A stretch of 64,000 bases of DNA from Kofleriaceae bacterium (lineage in GTDB: Bacteria; Myxococcota_A; Polyangia; Haliangiales; Haliangiaceae): positions 737,664-801,663 of the forward strand of contig CAXNMK010000002.1 in the NCBI GenBank assembly GCA_964203225.1, written 5' to 3'. The notes under the pieces are model-generated. The model was not told where the DNA came from. It saw nothing but the letters and a program-made list of their open reading frames with translations, and ran no database searches. A program made the position numbers and the translations under genes. Of the stretch, positions 55,281 through 64,000 are shown piece after piece; position 1 is the first letter of the stretch, and each line of letters begins with the position of its first letter.

Positions 55281-56338
55281 TTGGGGCTGAGCTTCACGCG
55301 GTCGTTGGCCTTGATCTGATCCGTCGTCAGACGGACCTTTCCAATCGTGGTGTTCTTGTCGACGCGCACCACCTGCACGTCTCCACCGGGCAGCGCGACA
55401 TCGCTGTCCCCGCGCAGGACGTAGACGCGCCAGCCCTTCGCGATCCCGGAGTTGGTGCCGGCGCCGATCGTGATGACGACCTCGCCGCCCTGGACTTCGT
55501 TCTTGAGCACGCGGGCGGTCACCGGATCGGCGGTGGCGTCGTCGCAGTTCGGGTTCAGCGGGTCCGGCGCCTTGAGGTCGCACTTGGGCCACAGCGTCTT
55601 CTTGCATGACTTGATGCGGCGGTCGGGCGGGTTCGGGCACGGCATGCTCGCCTGGCACGATGGGATGTCCGCCGACGGCGGCGTCGGGCACTTGTCCTTG
55701 CACGGCGGCCATCCGGCCGGTGCGCCGAACTCCGGGCAGACCGATACGCACGACGGGTTCTTCGGGTCGAACGGCTCGCACGGCAGGATCGGATCCGGCA
55801 CCGCCGCGAGCTTCGGCGGATCCGGCACCTCGAGCTTCAGCGGGTCGAACAGCGCGGTGGCCGACTGCTCCTGGAACTCGACGGACAGCTTGTACTTGCC
55901 TGCGTCGCCGCGGCCGACCGCGTAGACGCGGATGAAGTACTTGCCCTTCGCGTTGTCGAGCGTGGCGAGCTTGGTGCGCCCCTTCGAGCGCTTCTTGCTC
56001 GTCTTCTTCGAGCTGGTGATGGGCGTGTTCCACTCGTCGAACACGTCGAAGGCGAGCTGCAGGCCCGGCCGCGGCGGCGTCCACTGAAGCTTGACCTCGA
56101 GCTTGCCCTTCTTGTTCTCGGGCAACTCGAGGAGCCTCCAGTCGATGCGGTCGCCACCTGGATAGGTGACGATCCCGGTGGCCTTCGCTTCGCCGTTCTC
56201 CAGCGTGAGCGGCCGCGCACCTTTGACCTTGCCGTCGTTACCGGTCGCCTTGTCCTGCGCCACGTTGTGGGCGCACGACACGACGACCAGGAAGAGCGCC
56301 AGGGCACAGCCCCAGCGGCCCACCGATTTCCCGAGCAT
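55277..56338 (-). CDS. Secreted/lipoprotein, Cys-rich C-terminal region. Paralog of 56509..57408
   Basis: Signal peptide with lipobox-like LVVVSC. Shares GD..W..DL...GELE(I/V)KL and C-terminal G.V.I..G...G...GW.G...G blocks with the next gene. ATGA overlap with the kinase start. Confidence 0.5.
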   Translation of the reverse strand: MLGKSVGRWGCALALFLVVVSCAHNVAQDKATGNDGKVKGARPLTLENGEAKATGIVTYPGGDRIDWRLLELPENKKGKLEVKLQWTPPRPGLQLAFDVFDEWNTPITSSKKTSKKRSKGRTKLATLDNAKGKYFIRVYAVGRGDAGKYKLSVEFQEQSATALFDPLKLEVPDPPKLAAVPDPILPCEPFDPKNPSCVSVCPEFGAPAGWPPCKDKCPTPPSADIPSCQASMPCPNPPDRRIKSCKKTLWPKCDLKAPDPLNPNCDDATADPVTARVLKNEVQGGEVVITIGAGTNSGIAKGWRVYVLRGDSDVALPGGDVQVVRVDKNTTIGKVRLTTDQIKANDRVKLSPK

Positions 56339-56508
56339 GAATCGAGTGTTACTGAATCCCTCGGGCCGTGCAAGCGAGCCGGTGGAAAGTCGACCCGGGA
56401 TCCCCGGCTGGCGGGCCGGTTCGGGCCTGGTGGGGGGGGACCGTGCCGCACCCGCCGGGAGGCCCGGTGGGGCACCGCCGCGGGCTGGCCGCCACCAGTC
56501 GACGCAGG

Positions 56509-57408
56509 TCAGGGCGAGACGGTGACGCTGCCGCCGCCGGCCTTGATCTGGTCAGGCGTTGCGGGGACGACGGCGGTGCAGGTGCGCGGGCCGCACGAGG
56601 CGATCGAGAACGAGCTCGACACGCCCGAGATCTTGCCCTTCCAGCCCGGGGCGACCCCCTGGTCGGAGCCGAGCGCGATGGTGACCTGGGTGCCGCCGCC
56701 GGTCACCGAGACGTTGATGATGCGGCCGCTCTTCGCGGAGCTGGCGACCGCGGGCGGGGGCGTCGGCTCCCTCGGCGGGCGCGCGCCGCGCGGCTGCTTC
56801 TTGATGGTGACGACCGCGGTCTGGGGCGGCTTGTACTTGGCCGGGGTGTCGTCGCTCAGCGGGACCTGTGCGAGCGTCGGGATGAACGCCACCTGCGCGG
56901 GAAAGTCGCTCTTGACCTCGGCGGGCGCGGTCGCGCGGAACGACATCCGCATGTCGTATTCGGCGGAGTCGAGGCGGCTCTGGAGGTAGAGGTGGATCAG
57001 ATAGCGGCCCGGCGCGAGGTCGTAGAGCGTGCGGGTCTTGTTGAGCTCCCCGACGTCCTCCTCCTCGAGGTCCGCCTTGCTGATGACGCGGTTGCCCGGG
57101 TCGAGGATCTCCATCGCGAGATCGAAGTCCTCGTTGGTCGCGTCGCCGGGCGGCGTGACCTCGAGCTTGATCTCGAGCTCGCCGGTCTGCCCGAGATCGA
57201 CCGCGTACCACTTGGCTCGCTTGAACTCGCGGTAGGACAGATCGCCGAGGGCCTTGGTCTCGCCCTTGTCGTTGAAGGCGAGGACCTTGGGCTTCTTCCA
57301 CGGCTTGACCTTCTCGGTCTTGTAGCCGCTGTGGATCGGGATGTTCGTGCCGCCACAGGCGGTCAGGGCACTCGCGCCAAGGATGGTCGCGATGACAACA
57401 CGTCGCAT
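56509..57408 (-). CDS. Lipoprotein, paralog of 55277..56338
   Basis: Signal peptide plus lipobox LTAC. Conserved blocks shared with the neighbouring gene. Confidence 0.5.
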   Translation of the reverse strand: MRRVVIATILGASALTACGGTNIPIHSGYKTEKVKPWKKPKVLAFNDKGETKALGDLSYREFKRAKWYAVDLGQTGELEIKLEVTPPGDATNEDFDLAMEILDPGNRVISKADLEEEDVGELNKTRTLYDLAPGRYLIHLYLQSRLDSAEYDMRMSFRATAPAEVKSDFPAQVAFIPTLAQVPLSDDTPAKYKPPQTAVVTIKKQPRGARPPREPTPPPAVASSAKSGRIINVSVTGGGTQVTIALGSDQGVAPGWKGKISGVSSSFSIASCGPRTCTAVVPATPDQIKAGGGSVTVSP

Positions 57409-57464
57409 GGCCGAGACACTAGCACGGGCTCGACACCCCCTGCCCGTGGTGTATACGCCCGCAT

Positions 57465-57806
57465 ATGCACCGCCTGCTCCTCGTCGCCGTGGTCGGCGCC
57501 GCGGTGATCGCCTGCAGCAAACCCGCCGGCGGCTCCACCGACGGGGCGGCGGTGTTCGGCTCGGTGTGCGCGGCCTGCCATGGCCCGACCGGGAAGCCGG
57601 ACGCCACGATGGTCGCCCGGCTCGGCGTCAAGGACCTCACGGACCCGGCGCTCCGGCCGACGCTGACGGCCGCCCACGTCGAGGCCCAGGTCCGGCACGG
57701 CTCCGCGAACAAGCTGATGCCCGCCCTCGAGGGCGCGCTCACCGACGCCCAGATCAAGGCGGTCGCGGCGCACGTGGCGAGCCCGGCGTTCGCGCCCGTG
57801 CGCTGA
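57465..57806 (+). CDS. Class I c-type cytochrome (single CxxCH)
   Basis: Signal peptide. Heme-binding CAACHG. Distal Met (KLMPAL). Confidence 0.7.
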   Translation: MHRLLLVAVVGAAVIACSKPAGGSTDGAAVFGSVCAACHGPTGKPDATMVARLGVKDLTDPALRPTLTAAHVEAQVRHGSANKLMPALEGALTDAQIKAVAAHVASPAFAPVR

Positions 57807-57809
57807 CCC

Positions 57810-58921
57810 CTAGGCCGCGAGGACGAGCGCGATCTCGGCGCAGACGTCGGCATCATCGTCCACGTGCGCCGCGAGTTCGGCGCGTGCGCCGAGCTGCCCG
57901 AGCGCCCACGCGGCGTGCTGCCGGACCAGCGGGGCGCGATCCCCGAGCATCGCGATCAGGGCGGGGACGGCCTCCGGCGCGCCGCTGTTGCCGAGCGCGA
58001 TCGCGATGTTGCGCCGCAGGACATCCCGTGGGATCCGGCGCAGCGCAGTCCCGCGGACCAGCTGCCGGAGCTGGTTCGAGCCCTTGGCGGCGAGCGCGAT
58101 CAGGTCTGGTAGCGCGTGCTCGAGCGAGCGCGGCGTGAGCAGCGGCTCGGGCGGCTCGCCGGCGCCCGCGTTGAACGGGCACACCTCCTGGCACACGTCG
58201 CAGCCGAACACCCACGTGCCGATCGCGGCGCGCAGGTCGCGCGGGATCACGCCGTGGTGCTCGATCGTCAGGTACGAGATGCAGCGCCGGGCGTCGAGGA
58301 CGTAGGCGTCGACGAACGCGCCGGTGGGGCAGGCGTCGAGGCACGCGCGGCAGCTCCCGCAGCGCGGCCGGGGCGGCTCGGCCGGCGCGGTCGGCGCCAG
58401 CTCGACGTCGACGAGAAGCTCGCCGAGCACGACGTAGCTGCCGGCGCCCGGCGCGATCAGGAGCGTGTTCTTCGCGACGAACCCGAGGCCGCCGCGCTCG
58501 GCCCACTCGCGCTCGAGCAGCGGCGCGGAGTCCACGCACGGGCGGCTCGCGACCGGGCGGCCGAGCGCGGCGGCGAGCCGATCGGCGAGCAGGGCCAGGC
58601 GATCGCGCATCACGAGGTGATAGTCCTCGCCGCGCGCGTAGCGGGCGATCTTGCCCCGGACCAGCCGATCGGGCGGCACGGGCTCGGCGCGGTCGTAGAT
58701 GAGTGCGACGACGATCAGCGTGCGCGCACTCGCCAGCAGCGCCCGCAGATCGGCGCGCGCGCCGGTGTGCGCGGGCGCGGCGAGGTAGGCCATGTCGCCG
58801 GCGAACCCACGCGCGAGCCAGCTGACGTAGAGGTCGTGGCGCCGGGGCGCCTCGATCGGCACGAGCGCGGCGCGCGCGAAGCCGAGTTCGCGGGCGATCG
58901 CGATCGCGTCCGCGGTCACGC
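57810..58921 (-). CDS. queG: Epoxyqueuosine reductase QueG
   Basis: Two 4Fe-4S ferredoxin motifs (CGSCRACLDACPTGA; CDVCQEVCPFN) and a C-terminal HEAT-like region (VRQHAAWALGQLG). The long ORF upstream of ~58921 was rejected. Confidence 0.7.
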
Positions 58922-60196
58922 GTCGGCCGCGTCCTCGCGGGCGGTCCGCTCGGCCGCGTACTCGGCGGCCTCGGCGCTGCCCTCGCGATCGTCGTCGGCG
59001 GGCTCGCCCGCGAACTGGATCGCGTCGTACGGCACGGTGCAGTCGCGCTCGCGGGGCTGCGGGTACTCGACGCTGGCGCCGCGGTACGTCTTCACGATCA
59101 CGCGCTCGGCATCGAGGTGCTCGAGGTAGCTCGGGACCAGTGGCACCTTGCCGCCGCCGCCCGGCGAGTCGAGGACCAGCATCGGCACCGCCATGCTGTT
59201 CATCCAGCCGCGCAGGCCCTGGTACAGCTCCATCGCGGTCTCGACGGGGGTGCGCAGGTGATCGGTGCCGACCACGGTGTCGCCCTGGAACAGGTAGTAC
59301 GGCCGGATCCGGCTCCGCACCAGGCCGCGCATCAGCGCGCGCAGGCTCGGCACCGACGAGTTGATGCCGCGCAGCAGCACGGTCTGGTTGCCGACCGGGA
59401 TGCCCCCGTCGACGAGGCGCTCGCAGCCCGCGCGCGCCTCCGGCGTCAGCTCCTTGATATGGTTGAAGTGCGTGTTGATGAACAGCGGGTGGTGCTGCCG
59501 CAGCATCGCGACCATCTCGGCGTCGATCCGCATCGGGCAGACCACCGGCAGGCGCGTGCCGATCCGGATGGTCTCGACGTGTGGGATCGCGCGCAAACGG
59601 CCGAGCAGGTACCCGAGCCGGCGCGTGGACAGCAGCAGTGGATCGCCCCCCGAGAGCAAGACGTCGCGGATCCGGCGCGTGCGCGCGATGTACTCGAGGC
59701 CTGCCTCGAGTTCGGTCGTGGTCGGTGGCTCGTCGCCTCCGACGAGGCGGCGCCGGTTGCAGTGCCGGCAGTAGATGCCACACCGATCGACGACGAGGAA
59801 CAGCACCCGGTCGGGGTACTTGTGGATCACCGACGGTGCGGGGTTGTGGGTGTCCTCGCCCAGCGGATCGCGCAGCTCCTCGGGGCGAATGTCGGCCTCG
59901 GCCGGGTGCGGGATCGCCTGGAGCCGGATCGGGCAGCTGCCGTGCGCCGGATCCATCAGGCTCGCGTAGTAGGGCGTGATGCCGACGCGGAACAGCCGCG
60001 ACGACGCGGCGAGGCCCGCCTGCTCGGTGGGCGTCAGGTCGAGGACGCGCGCGAGGTCATCCGCGGACGTCAGCATGTGGCCGAGCTGCCAGCGCCAGTC
60101 GTTCCACTTCGCCTCGGTGACGTCCGATCGGCGGACGCCTCCGGGCGGCGGAAGACGGGGAGCGGGTGGCGCTGTTACGACCGGGAGGCGGACCAC
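58916..60196 (-). CDS. kamA: Lysine 2,3-aminomutase family radical SAM protein (KamA/EpmB-like)
   Basis: WNDWRWQLGHML N-terminal KamA signature. Radical SAM CGIYCRHCNRR. PLP-binding region. Confidence 0.8.
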   Translation of the reverse strand: MVRLPVVTAPPAPRLPPPGGVRRSDVTEAKWNDWRWQLGHMLTSADDLARVLDLTPTEQAGLAASSRLFRVGITPYYASLMDPAHGSCPIRLQAIPHPAEADIRPEELRDPLGEDTHNPAPSVIHKYPDRVLFLVVDRCGIYCRHCNRRRLVGGDEPPTTTELEAGLEYIARTRRIRDVLLSGGDPLLLSTRRLGYLLGRLRAIPHVETIRIGTRLPVVCPMRIDAEMVAMLRQHHPLFINTHFNHIKELTPEARAGCERLVDGGIPVGNQTVLLRGINSSVPSLRALMRGLVRSRIRPYYLFQGDTVVGTDHLRTPVETAMELYQGLRGWMNSMAVPMLVLDSPGGGGKVPLVPSYLEHLDAERVIVKTYRGASVEYPQPRERDCTVPYDAIQFAGEPADDDREGSAEAAEYAAERTAREDAADA

Positions 60197-60605
60197 GTCG
60201 CGTACATAGCACGTGCTCGCTCGAGCACGGGGATGAGCCCCTCGGTCAGCGGCAGGGCCACCAGGTCATCGGGGGCGACCCACCGCGCGGCGCGGGCATC
60301 GTCGCCGGCGACCGGTGTGGGCGGGCCGCCGATCACGCGCGCGAGGTAGTCCAGGATGACGTAGTGGAAGTCGCCGGAGAGCCGCTCCACCACGCAGGCC
60401 AGGTCGCCGACCTCGACGACGAGGCCGGTCTCCTCGCGGACCTCGCGCGCCACCGCCTGGACGAGCGTCTCGGCGTGCTCGAGCTTGCCGCCGGGGACGC
60501 TCCACAGCCCCACGCCGGGCGGTCGGCCGCGCTCGATCAGGAGCACGCGTCCGGCGGCGTCGAACACGATCGCCGCGACGGCGACCACCGGTGGCATCAG
60601 CTGCG
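60175..60605 (-). CDS. NUDIX hydrolase
   Basis: Nudix box GKLEHAETLVQAVAREVREETGL. The longer ORF upstream is the tandem repeat read in a different frame (RRQGPEAD repeats) and was rejected as an N-terminal extension. Confidence 0.65.
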
Positions 60606-61560
60606 GCTCCGCGGCCGGGCGGCGGTCGGCTTCGGGGTGTTCGCGGCGGTCGGCTTCGGGGCCCTGGCGGCGGTCGGCTTCGGGGCCCTGGCGGCGGTCG
60701 GCTTCGGGGCCCTGGCGGCGGTCGGCTTCGGGGCCCTGGCGGCGGTCGGCTTCGGGGCCCTGGCGGCGGTCGGCTTCGGGGCCCTGGCGGCGGTCGGCTT
60801 CGGGGCCCTGGCGGCGGTCGGCTTCGGGGCCCTGGCGGCGGTCGGCTTCGGGGCCCTGGCGGCGGTCGGCTTCGGGGCCCTGGCGGCGGTTGCCGTGGGG
60901 CGCCTGGTGGTTGAGGTGGCCGTGGCCGCCTTGGCGGCGCCGAGCTGGACTTGGCCCGCGCTCGGGCAGCGCGGCGCGAGCAGGCAGTGCTCGCAGGCGG
61001 GAGCCTTCGCCATGCACACCCGGCGCCCGTGCCAGATCAGCCGGTGGGCGAACATCGTCCACGCCTCGCGCGGCAGCAGGCGCATCAGGTCCTGCTCGAT
61101 GTCGACCGGATCGGTGTGCGTGGTCAGGCCGAGTCGCGCGGACAGGCGCGTGACGTGGGTATCGACGACGACGCCGACGTTCTTGCCGAGTGCGGAGCCG
61201 AGGACGACGTTCGCGGTCTTGCGCGCGACGCCGGGGAGCGCGACCAGTGCCTCCATGGTCTCGGGGATGCGTCCGCCGTGGCGCTCGACGACCGCGCGCG
61301 CCATGCCGACCAGGTGGCGCGCCTTCGACCGATAGAACCCGGACTTGAAGATCAGCGGCTCGAGCTCCTCGGTCGAGGCGCGCGCGAGGTGCGTGGTATC
61401 CGGGTAGCGCGCGAACAGCGCCGGCGTGATCGTGTTGATCATCTTGTCAGTCGACTGCGCGGCGAGGATGGTCGCCACCAGCAGCTGGTACGGGTCCTGG
61501 TGGTCGAGTTCGACGACCGCGTCGGGCCAGCACTCGGCGAGGAGCTCGGCGATCGCGGCG
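60597..61560 (-). CDS. nth: Endonuclease III (Nth) with C-terminal (ARAPKPTA)x10 histone-H1-like tail. Start codon uncertain
   Basis: HhH-GPD motif LPGVARKTANVVL. FeS cluster CMAKAPACEHCLLAPRC. The homology (PEATAAIAELLAECWPDAVVELDHQDPYQLLVATILAAQSTD) extends in frame upstream of the track's GTG at 61478, with no canonical start found. Confidence 0.75.
60621..60902. repeat. 24-bp perfect tandem repeat (GCGGCGGTCGGCTTCGGGGCCCTG) x ~11
   Basis: Read directly. It encodes the ARAPKPTA repeats of the Nth C-terminus on the minus strand. Confidence 0.9.
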
Positions 61561-61639
61561 GTGGCCTCTGGCGTGGCGTTGACACAGGCGTGCGCGCGCG
61601 CGCGCGACCTGCGGTGTGCTATTCCCCGAGCGTCCTCCC

Positions 61640-62602
61640 ATGCGAACGCACCGTATCACCGACGCCTCCACGCGTGTCCTGGCGTGGGCGTTCACGCTCG
61701 GGCTGCTCCTGCTGGGCGGCGCGTGCAAGAACAAGCGGGAGATCCGCGCGTCGAAGTCCTCGCTCTACGATGCGGACTTTGCCGAGGTGTTCAGCGCGGC
61801 GCTCGCCGCGACGCGTGGCCTGTACACGAACGTCGAGGACTACCCGAGCAAGGGCGCGATCAAGACGGCGTGGCACCAGGTGTCGTACGCCTCGAACCAG
61901 GACGACCTGTCGAACCAGCGGATCGTCGCGCAGGGACAGGGCATGCCCACGGCCGGCCAGCAGGGCGGCGCCGCGACCGCGGCCGGCATGCCGACGCGGC
62001 TGGCCTACAAGCGGTACTTCGTGCGGTTCGACGTCAGCGTGATCGGCGGCCGGCCGTGGCGCGTCAAGGTCTCCGGCCACGCCGCCGAGTGGGACCCGGG
62101 CAACGCGATGCCGACGGAGCTGCGCGGCATGGCGAAGCCGCCGTGGCTCGATGGGCGCGCCGAGTCCCTGCAGCTCGCGATCTACAAGCGGATCAAGAAG
62201 TACGCGGTCCCGATGAAGGAGGAGGTCGCGGTCGCGGCCGCGCCGGACCTCGAGCGCACGGATCCGGCGTCGTTCGTCGGCGTGCCGGCGCCGGCGGCCA
62301 CGCAGCTCGCGGCGATCAAGGACGCGCTCGCCCGACGCGATCACGCGGTGCTGCGCCAGCTCCTCGCCGAGGACGTGCTGTGGAGCCTCGGTGGAGGCAC
62401 CGGGGCCGACACCGCGATGGCGATGTGGCAGGCGGATCCCGAGTCGCTCGATGCGATGGCGCGGGTGATCGGCGGTGGCTGCGCGAGCGCCGACGCCAAG
62501 GTCGCGTGCCCGGCGGGCGCGCCCGTGCGCGGGCGCTGGCAGCTGGTGCTCGAGCCCCGCGGGCCGCGCTGGATCATCACCTCGTTCGTGCGCGCCGAGT
62601 AG
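61640..62602 (+). CDS. Hypothetical lipoprotein
   Basis: MRTHRITDASTRVLAWAFTLGLLLLGGAC is a signal peptide with lipobox. ~320 aa with no domain recognised. Confidence 0.45.
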   Translation: MRTHRITDASTRVLAWAFTLGLLLLGGACKNKREIRASKSSLYDADFAEVFSAALAATRGLYTNVEDYPSKGAIKTAWHQVSYASNQDDLSNQRIVAQGQGMPTAGQQGGAATAAGMPTRLAYKRYFVRFDVSVIGGRPWRVKVSGHAAEWDPGNAMPTELRGMAKPPWLDGRAESLQLAIYKRIKKYAVPMKEEVAVAAAPDLERTDPASFVGVPAPAATQLAAIKDALARRDHAVLRQLLAEDVLWSLGGGTGADTAMAMWQADPESLDAMARVIGGGCASADAKVACPAGAPVRGRWQLVLEPRGPRWIITSFVRAE

Positions 62603-63844
62603 TCAGCGGCGCTCGAGGACGATCAGGCAGTTCGAGTCGGGCAGCGGCACCGGCTGGTCGCGCTCGTCGGTCAGCTCGATCTTGCCGGCGAGGCTGGCCG
62701 GGTACCCGGGCTGCAGGTAGCTCCGCAGCGGGTTGTCCACCACGCGGCAGGCGCGCTCGCCGCCGCACCACGCGACCAGCTGGGCGACGTACGCGTCGTA
62801 CGGCAGCACGCCGTACAGCTCGCGCACCTCGTACGGGAAGCTCGCTGGTCCCCACGTGTACGTGTAGAGGAACTCCATGGCGTCGGGGCTGGTCATCTCG
62901 ACGCGACCGTCGGGGAGCGCGGTGTACGTGATGGGCCGCCCTTCGAACTGCGCGCAGTAGAGGTCGAGCGTGGTCCGGGCATCCGGGGCGATCAGGCGGA
63001 TCCGGCGGGTGCCCGCCGGCGGCATCACGCCGTCGCGGATGATGATGCGCCCGCCCGGCCGGAGCACGTCCCAGGCCGCGCGCACCACGCGCTCGACGGA
63101 CGCGAGCTGGAACCGGGGCTCCGTGTACGAGTAGACCTCGTGGAGGATCGAGCAGAACACGATGGTGTCGGCGGCCGGAACCAGGCGGGGCAGCTCCTCG
63201 GCGCTCCCGAGCACCACGCGCCAGTGGTTGCCGCCCGCGCGGGCGCGCGCCGCGAGCGCGGCGATCACCTCGCGCGACAGATCGACGCCGATCACGTCGC
63301 TGTCGGGGTAGCGGGCCTCGATCAGGTCGAGCACCACGCCGCCGCCGGGACCGATCTCGACGACCGTGCCGGGCCGCACGAAGTCCAGCATGCGCTGCTT
63401 GTCGGAGCGCGCCGCGTTCATGGTCTCGAGGTAGTTGGCCTCGTTGGCGACGCGATCGAACTCGTCCTTGCGCAGGCCGTAGAGGTCGCACAGCGCCTTG
63501 AGCATCGTGTGGTACGCGACCTGCGAGCGAGTCTCGTACAGGCCGAGCAGCGTGACCAGCGCGGCGCTCTCCTCGGTGTCCACGTAGTCGAGGACGATGG
63601 CGTCCGGGTCGGTGGGGTGCGCGAGCCGACCCGTCAGCGCGCCGAGCGGGCCCAGGCTCGCGCTGCCGGTGAGCAGCGTGCGGATCGGCATCGTGGCGAG
63701 GGCGGCCTCGACGAGACGCAGCCGGTAGCGGACGGCGGCGGTGGTGCCATGGAGCCGCGCCACGAGCGGTCGCAGCTGCGCATGCCACGGGCGCGAGGTA
63801 TCGACGCCGCTGGTGCGCGCCGCGCCGACGACGGCCGCGAGCAC
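62603..63844 (-). CDS. Class I SAM-dependent methyltransferase
   Basis: VVEIGPGGGVVLDL glycine-rich SAM-binding motif and IVFCSILHEV post-II motif. Confidence 0.55.
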   Translation of the reverse strand: MLAAVVGAARTSGVDTSRPWHAQLRPLVARLHGTTAAVRYRLRLVEAALATMPIRTLLTGSASLGPLGALTGRLAHPTDPDAIVLDYVDTEESAALVTLLGLYETRSQVAYHTMLKALCDLYGLRKDEFDRVANEANYLETMNAARSDKQRMLDFVRPGTVVEIGPGGGVVLDLIEARYPDSDVIGVDLSREVIAALAARARAGGNHWRVVLGSAEELPRLVPAADTIVFCSILHEVYSYTEPRFQLASVERVVRAAWDVLRPGGRIIIRDGVMPPAGTRRIRLIAPDARTTLDLYCAQFEGRPITYTALPDGRVEMTSPDAMEFLYTYTWGPASFPYEVRELYGVLPYDAYVAQLVAWCGGERACRVVDNPLRSYLQPGYPASLAGKIELTDERDQPVPLPDSNCLIVLERR

Positions 63845-64000
63845 GCCGAGCTGCGCGCCGGGTGACAGCCCGCTGGTCGCGGCCTCGCAGTACCAGAGCT
63901 GGCAGGTGGCGAGCGCGGGGGCGAGCGCCGCGAGCTCGGTGTCGCCGAGTGCGGCGACCGCGGTGTCGACGCTGGCGGGCGGCTCGCCGGCGCGCTGACG

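Noticed and set aside
55281-56084. Upstream extension of the kinase ORF (53658..56084)
   Set aside because: The extension is Arg-rich nonsense antisense to nothing conserved. The kinase domain begins at MTHDPLVGQ (55280), and this region is occupied by the lipoprotein gene in another frame.
60606-61062. Long N-terminal extension of the NUDIX gene (RRQGPEAD repeats)
   Set aside because: It is the 24-bp tandem repeat read in the wrong frame. The same DNA encodes the Nth C-terminal tail in its own frame, and the Nudix fold begins near 60605.
62577-63788. 403-aa minus-strand ORF overlapping the methyltransferase in another frame
   Set aside because: Arg/Pro/His-rich nonsense. The 62603..63844 frame has clear SAM-MTase motifs.

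Overview
This is a high-GC (~70%) bacterial chromosomal segment, probably from a myxobacterium (Deltaproteobacteria-like codon use and gene content).

Window layout:
- 1-10.3 kb: a type II secretion gsp operon, gspE (5' partial) through gspN.
- 10.3-17.2 kb: housekeeping and accessory genes. These are a fused moaD-moaE, an Atl/MGMT-like DNA-binding protein, a LuxR-type response regulator, a frameshifted HtrA-like protease pseudogene, a PABS-like methyltransferase, aspS, an HExxH SprT-like protein and a 2Fe-2S ferredoxin.
- 17.3-52 kb: a large plus-strand locus encoding an extracellular/phage-tail-like contractile injection system (eCIS, Afp/PVC-like).
  - Recognisable core genes are a DUF4255 cap, two sheath paralogs, tube proteins, an Ala-rich tape-measure-like protein, a gpD-like hub, two gpV/gp5-like spikes, gp25, a gp6/J baseplate protein, a gpI-like protein, a fibre-like protein and an Afp15-like AAA+ ATPase.
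  - One spike carries a ~700-aa Gly-rich tandem-repeat tail.
- 41-47 kb, inside the operon: four FHA-domain proteins, two of them membrane-anchored with zinc ribbons.
- 49-52 kb: candidate cargo and accessory genes (DUF1257/DUF2997 pair, a DUF4157 HExxH protein, a pentapeptide-repeat protein and a TPR protein).
- 52-57.4 kb, minus strand: a PP2C phosphatase, a Hanks-type Ser/Thr kinase and paralogous lipoproteins.
- 57.4-64 kb: cytochrome c, queG, a kamA-like radical SAM aminomutase, a NUDIX gene, nth with a histone-H1-like repeat tail, a lipoprotein and a methyltransferase.

The FHA + kinase + phosphatase set resembles the T6SS threonine-phosphorylation control module, here placed in an eCIS. 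A small gene between tube and sheath 2 ends in a perfect -1 slippery heptamer (CCCGGGG) immediately before its stop codon, with the -1 frame open for another ~60 codons.

Several long antisense ORFs in the six-frame track are GC artefacts and were not called. All coordinates are from manual reading and may be off by a few bases.
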